Source of the DNA: Octopus sinensis
Taxonomy: Eukaryota
Length of the DNA: 64,000 bases
Direction of reading: 5' to 3'
Assembly (NCBI RefSeq): GCF_006345805.1
Contig: NC_043010.1
Location: 62,744,001-62,808,000, forward strand
Shown here: positions 23,934 to 35,625 of the stretch, one piece after another
How positions within the stretch are numbered: the first letter of the stretch is position 1
How the letters are laid out: every line of letters begins with the position of its first letter
Program-made: the position numbers and the translations under genes
Notes under the pieces: generated by a model
Databases searched by the model: none
Told to the model about the DNA's origin: nothing
Seen by the model: only the letters and a program-made list of their open reading frames with translations

Positions 23934-24169
23934 TTTAAGGCGGTGAGCTGGCAGAAACGTTAGCACGTCGGGCGAAATGCTTAGCCGTATTTCGTCTGCC
24001 GTTACGTTCTGAGTTCAAATTCCGCCGAGGTCAACTTTGCCTTTCATCCTTTCGGGGTCGATTAAATAAGTACCAGTTACGCACTGGGGGCGATATAATC
24101 GACTTAATCCGTTTGTCTGTCCTTGTTTGTTCTCTCTGTGTTTAGCCCCTTGTGGGTAGTAAAGAAATA
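23934..24169 (+). mobile_element. tRNA-derived SINE family A, full length, 16-bp TSD
   Basis: A-box TGGCAGAAACGTTAG, B-box GAGTTCAAATTCC; AATATAATTGTAATAT at 23918-23933 and 24170-24185. Confidence 0.9.
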
Positions 24170-25044
24170 AATATAATTGTAATATAATTTATTTTTCAGT
24201 TTATTTAATAATATTTTTTCTATTTTTATTTCAGGTTCTCCAGACTGGACTTGAACTCCTGGACATTTGATCAGTTCCACACACACAAACACGTATACAT
24301 ATATGTACAGCAATCTGCTTGTGTACCTGTTGGCCCAGCTGTCTAATTAATTGACTCTTCTTCGTTTCTTTATAACATAAACGAGTAAACTCAACAAGAC
24401 TCAAACAGGGAGCTCTTCACTCATACTCATACTCCACTCATTTCTCATCCATACTCATCTCATGTACATGTTGATAATGGATCCCTGTTTCTCAAAGACA
24501 TGTACTTCCTTGTAAATAACACTGCATGCCTCTCCATTTTGTTTTTAATCAATTTAAATTGCAGAGTTCTCTCCCTTGCCTGTCATGACAAGAACTGTCA
24601 CTAATGCTAATAACTCTTCTTATCATCACAGGTGTAGTTTCAATTGATTAGAAGAGAAAAAAAAATCACTTTTCTGACCCAGAACATTTAAATTAATATG
24701 TTGGCTTCTGCTACTTAACTAACAATGATTTATAGTTGTATGTTGACCTGAGGTCAGTAGAGATCGCTAAAACTGGAGAATCATTGGCCAAACTGACTTA
24801 GATATGGACGTTTCAGACTTTACATAAGAGAAAGAAGAAAGACTGATTTTTTTTTTCAAAAAACCCAAACAAAACCCAACTCTCTCTTTCCCCTTCCTCT
24901 CTCTCTCCCTTACCAAAATACTTGATGTTGTTGTTATTGTTGTGTTTGTGAGGTAAAAAAAGGACCAGGAGACACATATATATATATATTAAGGGTTGGG
25001 TGAAAGGCTGAGGAAGGAAGACACCTTAAGTTTGCAAAACAAAG

Positions 25045-27372
25045 ATGGAGAAGACTTCATCTGATAAATCCGGTAAAAACCTGGTCTCCAACACCAGCGA
25101 GCGGAATCACCCTCATAGCATTTGTTCGGCAAGCAGCAGCAATGGTACCAGCTGTGCGAATAGTCCGAGCCATGTCACAGCCGCCATCAACATGCACTCA
25201 AAGCAGTTCATGCAACATTATCCATGGCAGGCTCAACGCTTCCCTCACGTCCCCGACAAGTCGTGGTGCAGTGAGATATACAGCAACCAGTTTGCTCAGC
25301 GTTGTTACTTACAGTCTCATGGTATTTTCCCAGCGGCTGGCACCGCTGCTGCGGGCAGCTGCTCCGACAAGGCTTTCCACTGCGCCGCCAGCTACATGAA
25401 CCAGTTCACGCAGCGGTGTTTCCTGCAGACGCACGACCGGCTGCAGAACTTTGATAAACAGGCGATAGACGTTAACGACTACATGAAGCACTTGCATGGG
25501 GGTGCATACCAGCCGAAGCATTGCCAGGCTGCTAACAACAATAGCATAGTGAGTAGTGGTTGTAGTGGTGGGGGTAGTTGTAGTGTCGGGGGTGGCGGCA
25601 GCTGTAGCATTGGGGGTGGTGGGGGTGGGGGTGGAGGTAGTTGTGGTGTTGGTAGTGGTAGTAGTAGCTGCAGTGTTAACCTGACCAGTAACAACAGCAG
25701 CTGCGGCAACACCAACCATCGCAATAGCATATCCACCACCAGCAACAACAACAACAACAACAACAACACTAACAGCAACAATAACAATAACAACAACAAC
25801 AATAACAACACCAGCAATAACAGCAACACGTCTGTTTATCCTAAGCAAGTAGCACAGGTGCAGCACGCTGTGAAGACCCAGCCCCCCTCTTCGCCAAACA
25901 CAAAGGTGCCCCTTCAGCAGCCCCACCACATGCTCCTTCTGCAGCCCCCTCCACCCATCGAGAAGCCCTTCCACTGTGACCTTTGTCCAAAGCAGTTTGC
26001 ACGTAGGAATACTTTGCAGATGCACAAACGCATTCACACAGGTGAGAAGCTGTTCCACTGCAGCTACTGCGACAAGCGATTCGTGCACCGAGATAAACTT
26101 CAGATACATGAGCGGACTCACACGGGGGAGAAACCGTTTCACTGCACTTACTGCACGAAACAGTTTTCTCGTAAGGACAAATTAAAGATTCACGAGTGCT
26201 CTCACACGGGATTAAAACCTTATCACTGCAGCTACTGCGACAAACGGTTTGTCCAAAGAGAAAAACTAAAGATCCACACGAGAATCCATACGGGGGAACG
26301 TCCGTATTCGTGTGACATTTGTTTCAAGCAATTTGCGCGCGGTGATAAGCTTCAAATTCATCGTAGAACTCACACAGGAGAGAAACCATTCCACTGTGAA
26401 TACTGTCCGAAGAACTTTGTCCAGCGTGATAACCTGGTTATACACAGACGGACCCATACTGGGGAGAAACCATTCTCTTGCGAAGTATGTTCCAAGCGAT
26501 TTGCTCGCGGTGATAAGTTGCAAATCCATCGCAGAACACATACGGGTGAGAAACCGTTCCATTGTGAATACTGTCCGAAGACTTTTGCTCAAAGAGATAA
26601 TTTAGTCATACATAGACGTACCCATACGGGGGAGAAGCCCTTCTCCTGTGAATTCTGTCCCAAGCAGTTCTCTCGGAGCGACAAGCTCCAGTTGCATCGT
26701 AGGACCCACACGGGGGAGAAATTGTTCCATTGTAAGTATTGTTCAAAGCAGTTTGTCCAAAGGGACAAACTTCAGATCCATGAACGAACTCACACGGGCG
26801 AGAAGCCGTTCCACTGTGAGATTTGTTCAAAGAAGTTTGCTCGTAAAGACAGGCTGCAGATCCACAAGAAGACGCACACGGGTGAAAAGCCGTTCCACTG
26901 CGACCTTTGCCCGAAGCAGTTTGCGCAGCGAGACAACCTGAAGATTCACCGGAGGATTCACACGGGCGAGAAGCCGTTCCACTGCGAAATCTGTTCGCGG
27001 CAGTTTGCCAGGAAGGACAAACTGCAGATCCACCGGAAGACTCACATGATCGAGAAGGTTGCGTTCAACTGCGACATATGCCACAAACAGTTCGAATCGA
27101 AGGAGATGCTGATGAGTCACCAGCAATTAAACCATGCTCCGCCACCGCCTCCGCCGCCGCCACCACCACCTCCGCCGCCCCTCACCAATAACGACACCTC
27201 ACATTTATGCTGCCAGGTTTGCAACCGGGAATTTGCAACTGTCGAGAAGTTACAAAATCACGAAAAGACACATAAACCAGTGAGGAATAATTTCCTGAAA
27301 CCCACATCGTGTAAGAATATCAAGGAATACACCCCAATGAGTACATTGCTGTGGCAATCTATCTACCCTTAA
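25045..27372 (+). CDS. C2H2 zinc-finger protein, 775 aa, 15 fingers (13 in a TGEKP-linked tandem array), single coding exon
   Basis: Uninterrupted ATG-to-TAA ORF. It has 15 C-x2-C...H-x3/4-H motifs with TGEKP-type linkers, an N-terminal Gly/Ser and poly-Asn tract, and a poly-Pro tract before the last finger. Confidence 0.95.
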   Translation: MEKTSSDKSGKNLVSNTSERNHPHSICSASSSNGTSCANSPSHVTAAINMHSKQFMQHYPWQAQRFPHVPDKSWCSEIYSNQFAQRCYLQSHGIFPAAGTAAAGSCSDKAFHCAASYMNQFTQRCFLQTHDRLQNFDKQAIDVNDYMKHLHGGAYQPKHCQAANNNSIVSSGCSGGGSCSVGGGGSCSIGGGGGGGGGSCGVGSGSSSCSVNLTSNNSSCGNTNHRNSISTTSNNNNNNNNTNSNNNNNNNNNNNTSNNSNTSVYPKQVAQVQHAVKTQPPSSPNTKVPLQQPHHMLLLQPPPPIEKPFHCDLCPKQFARRNTLQMHKRIHTGEKLFHCSYCDKRFVHRDKLQIHERTHTGEKPFHCTYCTKQFSRKDKLKIHECSHTGLKPYHCSYCDKRFVQREKLKIHTRIHTGERPYSCDICFKQFARGDKLQIHRRTHTGEKPFHCEYCPKNFVQRDNLVIHRRTHTGEKPFSCEVCSKRFARGDKLQIHRRTHTGEKPFHCEYCPKTFAQRDNLVIHRRTHTGEKPFSCEFCPKQFSRSDKLQLHRRTHTGEKLFHCKYCSKQFVQRDKLQIHERTHTGEKPFHCEICSKKFARKDRLQIHKKTHTGEKPFHCDLCPKQFAQRDNLKIHRRIHTGEKPFHCEICSRQFARKDKLQIHRKTHMIEKVAFNCDICHKQFESKEMLMSHQQLNHAPPPPPPPPPPPPPPLTNNDTSHLCCQVCNREFATVEKLQNHEKTHKPVRNNFLKPTSCKNIKEYTPMSTLLWQSIYP

Positions 27373-28494
27373 TTTTGAGAATACATTGGGTTTGTTACAG
27401 ATTAATTTAGTACCTTAACACCGGGCATTGTTCTACTTGCCTGCTTCATGGAAAAAAGAAAAGAAAAAATATGTATTGGCTACGATTCTAACGAGTAATT
27501 AGGATCCAGCTGTTAAATGTATGCTTGAAAAAAAAAATACTTGCAGATGTCTGCATTTACAGAACTATCCAACCCATGCTAGCTAGTATGGATAATCAAG
27601 AGGATGAAATCATGTGGAATGTCTAAAAATAATGGTCAAACATCCACAACATAAATCAAGAGATTAATTATAAATTTACAGTGGAGCAAGTACATCGTTA
27701 ATTAATTGATAAGGGAGATCCAACTGCTTAATTAATCACTTGCTCTGAAAATGTTGAGAAAAATTTGAATCTGCCCTACCTGTCTAATAGGGTACATCTA
27801 TGCAGTTCATCAGCCTGTTAAAATAACAGCCAAATTCCCTCACATACACTTTAAAAAAAAAAGGGACACAATGGGTAGTGTGATCCTTAAATACACAAAA
27901 GAATGGGGTTGCACCAGCTGGAACTCCTTTGATCATATGTCTGCTGGATCAGAATTGATTTGGGGCTAATGAATAAGTGAAATAATAATAATAATAGCCA
28001 CATCATATCTGCTGGACAGAAAAGACATAAATATGAAATAAGTGTTTAGCAAATATGCAAAGAGCTCAACACAGAAAGAGGAAAAGTTTTAACATGGCAA
28101 GTGAGTGAAGCGGAAGAGAATCTTCATGATAAATGGTCGATGAGAGGAAAGAGAAGACAGTTGCTATGGTATGTCGATGGCAGAGACACTGAAAATAAAG
28201 ATGGTCAAAAGAACAGAATCAAATGATGACAATCAAAAGTGTTTCAGGTGTCGGACTATTTTAGAGTTGAAGTAATGAATAGGCATTTTTGGTGGTGTGA
28301 ACTGTTAAAACAATTAAGCTGTTTACTGACCATTGAATATATTATGCAGAAGCAAAGAGTCGAACACTTGTATATCTCCAGGTGAAGTTTTTGTAGACAT
28401 CTGTGAGAATATTTCAGTAGAACAAGGTCTTAGCTTCTTACTCGTCGGAGTGACTCATGTGGATGTTTTAAACAATAACTGAAGAAAACACAAA

Positions 28495-28960
28495 CAATGG
28501 CACAAGACCAGGCTTTTGCCCAAAGATTCATTATAAATAAAGAAAATACAAGGAAGAAATGCCACGAGATCTGGCCTTACCTACAAGATTCATTATGATC
28601 CATTATGAAAAAAGAACAATTTTTAAAATTAAAACCACCAAAAGCACAAAGTGCAGGCTGTGTTCTGAGGGTGAAACAGTTAACAATATCATTGCTGAAT
28701 GTCCGGTCTTGACATTAATGGTATTCAAGCCGACCGAGGATGTTTATTGGACAACATGCAAGAGAAATTCATGGGAAATGTTTCTGCCACATCCTGACAG
28801 CAGAGAACACCTTCAGCCAAAGATCTTGTAAGGTCTTATTAACATTGGTGGAGATATTAATGACAACAGACCAGACATTGTTATTATCTATGATTGGAAC
28901 TAATTAAATCTATCAATTAATAATTGATATTGGAACCTTAAAACGAAGTAGACATTTTGG
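28495..28960 (+). mobile_element. Decayed R4/Dong-like (RLE-type) non-LTR 3' fragment
   Basis: AQDQA (28499), CCHC knuckle KCRLC..ETVNNIIAEC, then DNRPDIVII (28862) and IDIG, across frameshifts. Confidence 0.65.
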
Positions 28961-29165
28961 GGAGTTCAAGGACTTGCTACAGGGATTTTGAAAATGTGAA
29001 GAACAAATCTGAAATAATTTCATACATTTTAAAAGTTGCAAGTGTAAAGAATCTACTTGAAAAGTGTACAACTTGGAAATTTTTCTACCAGGCATGGCTC
29101 ATACGACATGTGAAGTATTGGATGTAACCAAGATGGTGATGAGTAGTTGAAAAAAGTTTTGTTAC

Positions 29166-29575
29166 ACCTTTTTTGGTAGCAACCTGCCTGAGATCAGACC
29201 TGGTTCTATGATACAAACTTTCTCATTTAAAGTGATCTAAATTGGAATCTTCCATCAAAATTCCTCGTTAATTTGTTCCAAACACCAACTGAATAACGAC
29301 AGTCGTTTTACTAAATTCTTCGTTATTTTCATAATTAATTGACACAAACAGTGTATTTCAACAGAAATATGGCAACAAAAGGGTCAAACCTTCAGCGTTT
29401 AAACCAGCCATGCCAGGTCTGACCTCTCATACCTATTCTACAGTGTCGTTCTAAAAATAAGGAATTACAGCATCAAAATCTCAAAGCAACAACATAATGC
29501 ATCACTGATTCAAAACAATGTGAATAAATAAGCATCGCATGTGACGGAAGAACCTGGATGCTACAGGGCTAGACT
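29166..29575. mobile_element. MITE-1-like copy joined head-to-tail to a MITE family 2 copy
   Basis: ...ggcaacaaaaggg tcaa accttcagcgtttaaacc...; the second part is homologous to 31566-32087. Confidence 0.6.
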
Positions 29576-30129
29576 TGGTGTCTAACCCCAAAACCTGTCT
29601 AGGGTTAATGCTATGTATATTATTGGTAAACTGCAAAAGAAGGAAGAAGTAAAAAAAAAAAAAAAACAGTAATAACCTGATGCTGGAAACCTGCATAAGA
29701 TTGAAGTGGGAACTACTGAAATTCCACTAAAGTTTAACAAAGATTTTGTCTGATATTTCTTGGTTCATCACGGCCGTCAATTAAGACAACAACAATAATA
29801 ACAATGATATCATCACAGATTATGGAACACAGAAATATCCAGGCCCAGGGAAACATCTTCAAATATTCATCCTTAAAAAACAAAACTTGAACCTTCAGTT
29901 GTTTCTTGAATGTCCTTCTTAAGGACGAAAATCCTCCCAAATATAAAATGAACCGAAAATCTTCTGGTTTCCTTCTGAGACGACCCAAAACACATATTTC
30001 TAACTCAGGACTTTGTGTATGTCAATCTTTTCTTCTCGAGCTTTCAGTCATTCAAGTCCATCTCAATTTTTACATTTTTTTCCCCTAATGTGTATTTTAA
30101 ATAAAAGCAGGGCGCCGTTAAATAAAACG

Positions 30130-30362
30130 CCCATGTGTATAAGCCTAGCAGATGTATGCGTGTGTATGTGTATATATCACGTGATCACGTGACCGACCAG
30201 ACCATCAGATGTTGTTACACATCGCTGGTCACAATGCGTTTGCATTGTTTTAGCCTTCGAATGACGCCACCCCACTGGCTAAGCGAGCAGGCCAATGTGT
30301 ATATATATATATATATACGGCGGTGCATCAGCATGGCCGCAGCTCTGAGCTGAAACTAGAAA
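30130..30362. repeat. Probable interspersed repeat with tandem CACGTG palindromes and a family-B-like tail
   Basis: ATCACGTGATCACGTGAC; GGCGGTGCATCAGCATGGCCGCAG resembles the family B 3' end. Confidence 0.45.
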
Positions 30363-31734
30363 AAAAAAAACAAAAAACATACACACACATATATATATAT
30401 GTATATATAGACACACACACGTACATATATACACACACATAAATATATATATATATATATACAATCATAAAAGAGTCGAAGTAGTGGAATGGATATGACC
30501 ACCACTTTGGCTAACGAGTCCCGATTCTCATGTCTCATCCTTAGTGCTGCTTTTGATTCCCTGCCCTCCACCTGGACAAGGCACTGGCCCCGACCCCTTC
30601 CCCTGTCACATTCACCTTGTTATAGACCAGAGCAGGTAACAAAATCGGGAGAGAGAGAGAGTGAAAGAGGGAGAGAGAGAGAGAGAGAAAGTGAAATAAA
30701 GAGTGGGAGTGATGAAGATGAGGGCTGCCACCATCCAACATGGAAAAACTGACAAAGGAGTTTGGTGATGGCCAAACTTATACAGAATAAATAAATATCT
30801 TTATATATCGAACTGGGTGACATCTTAAAACTGATTAAGAAACATTTTATTATTGTAGATATTGTCAAAATGTCTGTGAGAAATTTTCTGGAACTTACAG
30901 TAACAAAATATATATAAAAATATAACTGATCAAAAAATCTTTTTTTGTTTTTTGTTTTATCTTTTTATTTTACATGTTTTTAAGCCACTGGACTGTGGCC
31001 AACCTGGAGCAACATCTGAACGTGTGTTTTTTTTTTTTTTGTTGTTGTTGATCTTTTTTTTTTTTGTAAAAACAGGTTGACCCCATTTTTTAAAGTCTGG
31101 TACTTTTATTCAATTGGGGTCTTTTGCTGGACTGCTCAGTTACAGGAATTTTGGCAAATCAGTGCTGGGGAGGGGGCATAAACACACGCACATATATATA
31201 CAATGGTATTCTGCATAGTTTCCATCTGCCAAATTCACCGACAAGGCATTGGTTAGCCCAGAGCTATTGTACAAGACATTTGCCCAAGTTGCTCCACAGT
31301 GGGTTTGAACCTGAGACCATGTTCTTACAAAGCAAGCTTCTTAACCACTCACCCAGGGACTTTTTTTTTCCTTTCTATTTTGTTTTTTATTCATCATATT
31401 TCAGTTGTTCTTTTGTTCACTGCAGCTGTGAACAAGGAGAGGAAACAGGAGTGGGGACTAAAAGGGGTCACAATCCAATGAAAAAGCCTGTGTGTGGTCA
31501 TGCATGTAAGCTGCTAGAAACAACTGCCAAATCTCCTTTCAAATTACATCCTGTTGTAAGTTTAACCTTTTAACATTTAAACTGGCCATATCCAGCCAAA
31601 ATATTCTGTTTTAGGCTTAAACCAGCCAGATCCTGGCTCTCACACTTACCCAGCAATGTCAGTATTAAAATATACAGTCTCAGATCATTGAAATCTTGAA
31701 GCTACAACATAATGCATGATTAATTCAAAACAAT

Positions 31735-32038
31735 CATCATCATCGTTTAACATCCGTTTTCCGCGCTAGCATGGGTTGGACGGTTCGACCGGGGGCTGCA
31801 CTAGGCTCCAGTCTGATCTGGCAATGTTTCTACAGCTGGATGCCCTTCCTAACGCCAACCACTCCGCGAGTGTAGTGGGTGCTTTTTACGTGTGCCACCT
31901 GCACAGTAACAATGTGCTTTGCTTACTGCACCTAGGTTTCCCAAGCGGTCACCCATTTAAGTACTGACTAGGCTCGACGTTGCTTAACTTCGGTGATCAG
32001 ACAAGAACCGGTGCTTTCAACGTGATATGGCCGTAAAT
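31735..32038 (-). mobile_element. 5S-headed chimeric retroposon (5S + family-C body + (GAT)n tail)
   Basis: The 5S is fused directly to GGTTGGCGTTAGGAAGGGCATCCAGCTGTAG...GTTAAACGATGATGATG; single insertion point in the MITE host. Confidence 0.8.
31920..32038 (-). pseudogene. Full-length 5S rRNA-derived sequence (SINE head or retro-pseudogene)
   Basis: Minus strand: TACGGCCATATCACGTTGAAAGCACCGGTTCTTGTCTGATCACCGAAGTTAAGCAACGTCGAGCC..GTACTTAAATGGGTGACCGCTTGGGAA..GGTGCAGTAAGC. About 119 nt; C-box GG changed to AA. Confidence 0.9.
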
Positions 32039-33519
32039 GTGAATAGATAAGCCTTACATTGACGGAGTAATCTTGAGTAGTGAAGGGTTAAAAGCAGCCA
32101 TCACCTGCAAACAAGAACATCTTGGTAACATATACCCTTGTGGTCGTCATCATTTAGCATCCATTTTCTCTGCTGACATGAGTTAGATGGTTTGACTGGC
32201 AGCGAGTGGTATGCCAAAGAGCTGTACATGACTCCAGCTGGATTTGGCTTGGTTTCTGAGGCTGGATGCCCTTTCTAAAGCCAACGACTGTAGGAATGTA
32301 GTGGGTGCCTTCTACGTGTCACCTCACCTGCACCGACCATGACTACTATTTCACTCAGCTTCACATGTCATCATCATCATCATCATCCTTTAATGTCCGC
32401 TTTCCACACAGGCATGGGTTGGACGATTTGACTGAGGACTGGTGAGCCAGCGGCTGCACCAGGCTCAATCTGATCTGGCAAGTTTCAACAGCTGGATGCC
32501 CTTCCTGACACCTACCACTCTGAGAGTGTAGTGGGTGCTTTTTAACGAGGGCCAGTTAGGTGATTCTGGTAGCGACCACATTCAAAAGGTGTTTTTACAT
32601 GCTGCCTGTGTTGGAGCCAATCTAGTGGCACTGGTAACAACCACAATCTCGAATGTTGGTTTTTACTTGCCACTGGAACATGTGCCAGTAAGGCAACGAT
32701 CACTCTCAAATGCTTTTCAGGTGTCACCGGCATGGGAGCCAATCTGACCCTGACAACAATCACGCTCGGATATGCTATTAACACTCCACTGGCATGAGTG
32801 CCAATCAGGTGGTACTGTCATCAGCCACATCAGCGATTTTGATTTTACACTTGCCTCAATAGGTCTTTGCAAGCAAAGTTCATTGTCCAATGAATGAGGG
32901 GTACTCATAAGGGGGCCAGTTACACACGTCTTCTTACGTTTTCATTAACTGTTTTAAGGTGTTCCTGTTGCTGAAAGTAGACATAGGCATCCTCTCGACT
33001 GATTTTTCCCATTCTTTGGCCCAGCATCACATCCAGTATATGACAGCCGAGAAGGGGAGGACTGGAAAGGGAAGTGCACCAGGATACTGGAGGGGACACC
33101 GTTTGCAACCGAGTAGACTGGCATAATGTGAAGTGGGGTGCCTGGTCCAGAAATTGAACTTTTGACATTGTGATTGTGAACTGAACATGTTAACTACAAA
33201 GCTATACATTGTCATTAGTGAGAACAATATACTGGACAATGGTGATGGTCATGGGTGGAATGCTTTTGATCACACATCGTCTACTGGATCATCAGGAAGA
33301 GAAAATTTACAGTTTAAAGATTTTGTTCCTTATTACTTATCAAATACATATCCCTACCCATCCAAAATTTCTAGGAATGATAAATTACCAGCTGTGTACT
33401 GGGGACAGTGGTGACAATTGACTCCTTGCTCCTTCAACATTTTAGCTTTTTGGTTATGTAAGAAGTCAATATTAAGGATGTGGGATGCCTATGTTGTCAA
33501 AAGTTGATATAAACCCTTA

Positions 33520-33895
33520 CTCTTTTACTTGTTTCAATCATTTGATTGCGGCCATGCTGGAGCACCACCATTAGTCGAGCAAATCGACCCCAGGACTTAC
33601 TCTTTGTAAACCTAGTACATATTCTATCCGTCTCTTTCGCTGAACCGCTAAGTTACGGGGACACAAACACACCAGCATTGGTTGTCAAGCGATGTTGGGG
33701 GGGGGACAAACAGACACAAACATACATATATACACATATATACAACTGGCTTCTTTCAGTTTCCGTCTACCAAATCCATTCACAAGGCTTTGGTTGGCCT
33801 GAGGCTATAGTAGAAGACACTTGCACTAGGTGCCATGCAGTGGTACTGAACCCAGAACCATGTGGTTGATAAGCAGGCTACTTACCACACAGCCA
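33520..33895 (-). mobile_element. SINE family B (other - copies: ~31100-31350, 43765-44365, 47455-47690, 55715-55855)
   Basis: Reverse complement of the family B consensus. Confidence 0.8.
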
Positions 33896-34059
33896 ATACA
33901 AATTATATAATATTATATTAAATATCAAATGATTCATAGTATATATAAATTAGTAAAATATAAAATATTTATCTATACATAAAAATGAGGGAATTATGTG
34001 GCGCTGAGGGGAGCACGGTGGCCCAAAATGTTTGAGAAGCGCTGGTGTATATGAAAGGC

Positions 34060-35140
34060 TTTTGAGAGTTGATCAAGCATGTACAGGGGTGCTAACAGTA
34101 AAGAGGAAGCTAGAAATGAGGTCTATAAAGGGAGTTCAGTTCTCAGTCCCCTGTCATTTGATGTAGTTCTTCAAGTCATGACAGAGAACTTCAAGACTGG
34201 CTGTCTTTGAGAATTCTTATATATCAACGCCTGGTAGTTGTAGCTGAGTTGGTCAAAGATGTAGAGATGAAGTCCTTTAAGAAATGGAAGCAGGGTCTAC
34301 AATAAAAGTCCAACAGTAAATCTAGGAAAGAAAAGACAAGATTTAACAAGGACAATAAAAAACTTCATGGCTCTCTGGGAATCGGTCATGTTCAATCTAC
34401 AGAAACAATTTCAGTGGGACTTTTATACCCGAGTGCTTAATGGAAACTGTAGGAATCACAGGTAAATCTAACAGAGAAGCGGGACTTTGTATGCAGCAGA
34501 TGTACAGGGGTAGATGTCAGTAGGAGCACCCGTATTTTAAATTACTTCATCTGTTGGGAGATCGTAACGTAGTTTCCGTTCGACGCCGTGGTGATCTCAT
34601 TCTTGCTCACAACATCATAAGCGGAAAGTGTAGCCTCTCGAAAGAGCTGTTCTCCACTCCTGCTCCAGAGCGTCGGCTGCGGGGTCACTCCGAAAAGCAC
34701 TATCTGCAACGATTTCATCTCAATCGAAGGAGAGGGGCTTTCTCCGTCCGGATTGCGGCTCCGTGGAATAAGCTGCCGGACGAGATGGTGAAGATGCCGA
34801 CGATCGCTTGGTTCAAAGTCTCCCTTGACCACAAGTGGCCTGAACTCTTTACATGAACACCACCCTGTACATAATTCCATGTCCCCCTACATGGTCTTGC
34901 TTTTTGCTTTTTGAGCCAAAAAATTAACTAACTAACTAACCTTGGTAACCTCAAAAAAGCAGAGTAGAAGATGGGTTTCAGAAAGTTCAGGCAGTTATTT
35001 AGTTCTGCTGGTAACAAGGGAAATCCTTTCTTAAAATGAAGAACAGATCGTATGATGCGTGATGCTGTATTAAGACAAAGTTTGGACATTAAGATACAGA
35101 AGATGAAGAAGGTTGCTCAGGTGGATGAATGATGGAAGAC
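34060..35140 (+). mobile_element. Old RTE-type RT remnant interrupted by the CR1 fragment
   Basis: SVLSPLSFDVVLQVMTENFKTGCL*EFLY at 34136-34220 (cf. QGSVLSPLLF..TGCPWELLYAD). Degenerate RTE-like sequence resumes after 34940. Confidence 0.6.
34560..34940 (+). mobile_element. CR1-type LINE 3' fragment with (TAAC)n tail
   Basis: RRRGDLI..LRGH..RRRGAFSVR...WNKLP C-terminal CR1 signature, followed by 3'UTR and taactaactaactaac. Confidence 0.85.
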
Positions 35141-35424
35141 AAATAAGAAAGAAAAACAAGCTTGGTACGAAAGAAATCAGATATAATACCATACATGAGA
35201 GAAGATTGTGTTGGTATGGTTCAACAAGTTTTTTTTTTTTTTTTTTTTTTGCAATGTCCATTCCCCATGCTGGCATGGTTTGGAGAGTCTGACAGGAGCT
35301 GGTAAGGATGAGAGCCACTCTAGGGTCTATTGTTTTGGCGAGGTTCCTACAGCAGGATGCCCTTTCTAATGCCAACCACTTTAGAGTGTACTGGGTGCTT
35401 TCTATGTGGCCCCAGCACCACCAC

Positions 35425-35625
35425 TTTTTATGCGGCACCATCACCAGTGATTTTTATGAGGTACCATCACCAATAGCTTTTATGTGGTACCATCACCAGC
35501 GGTTTTTAGATGGTACCATCACTAGTACTTTTTAGGTGGTACCACTACCAGTGGTTTTTATGAGGTACCATCACTAGAGTTTTTTTAGGTGGTACCATCA
35601 CTAGTGCTTTTCATGTGGCACCAAC
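35425..35625. repeat. Minisatellite, ~26-27 bp (GGTACCATCACYAGTGGTTTTTA...), inside family C
   Basis: About 7-8 degenerate units, each with GGTACC or GGCACC. Confidence 0.85.

Larger units (their letters stand above)
31566..32087. mobile_element. TTAA-flanked MITE family 2 hosting the 5S-headed retroposon
   Basis: TTAA-CCTTT...AAGGG-TTAA. Colinear with 29389-29575 once 31735-32038 is removed. Confidence 0.7.

Noticed and set aside
23934-24030. tRNA genes at A/B-box motifs
   Set aside because: All continue into SINE bodies with tails and TSDs; no complete cloverleaf is evident.
25142-27191. Alternative-frame and antisense ORFs over the ZNF genes (also 37868-38882 and 61551-62653)
   Set aside because: Shadow ORFs of GC-rich coding sequence.
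29734-30088. Short ORFs downstream of the first ZNF
   Set aside because: No recognisable motif or splice context.
31920-32038. Functional 5S rRNA gene
   Set aside because: Solitary, with a mutated C-box, no oligo-T terminator, and fused to a retroposon body.
32920-33421. GC-moderate segment with short ORFs
   Set aside because: Could be a TE remnant, but I could not recognise any motif.
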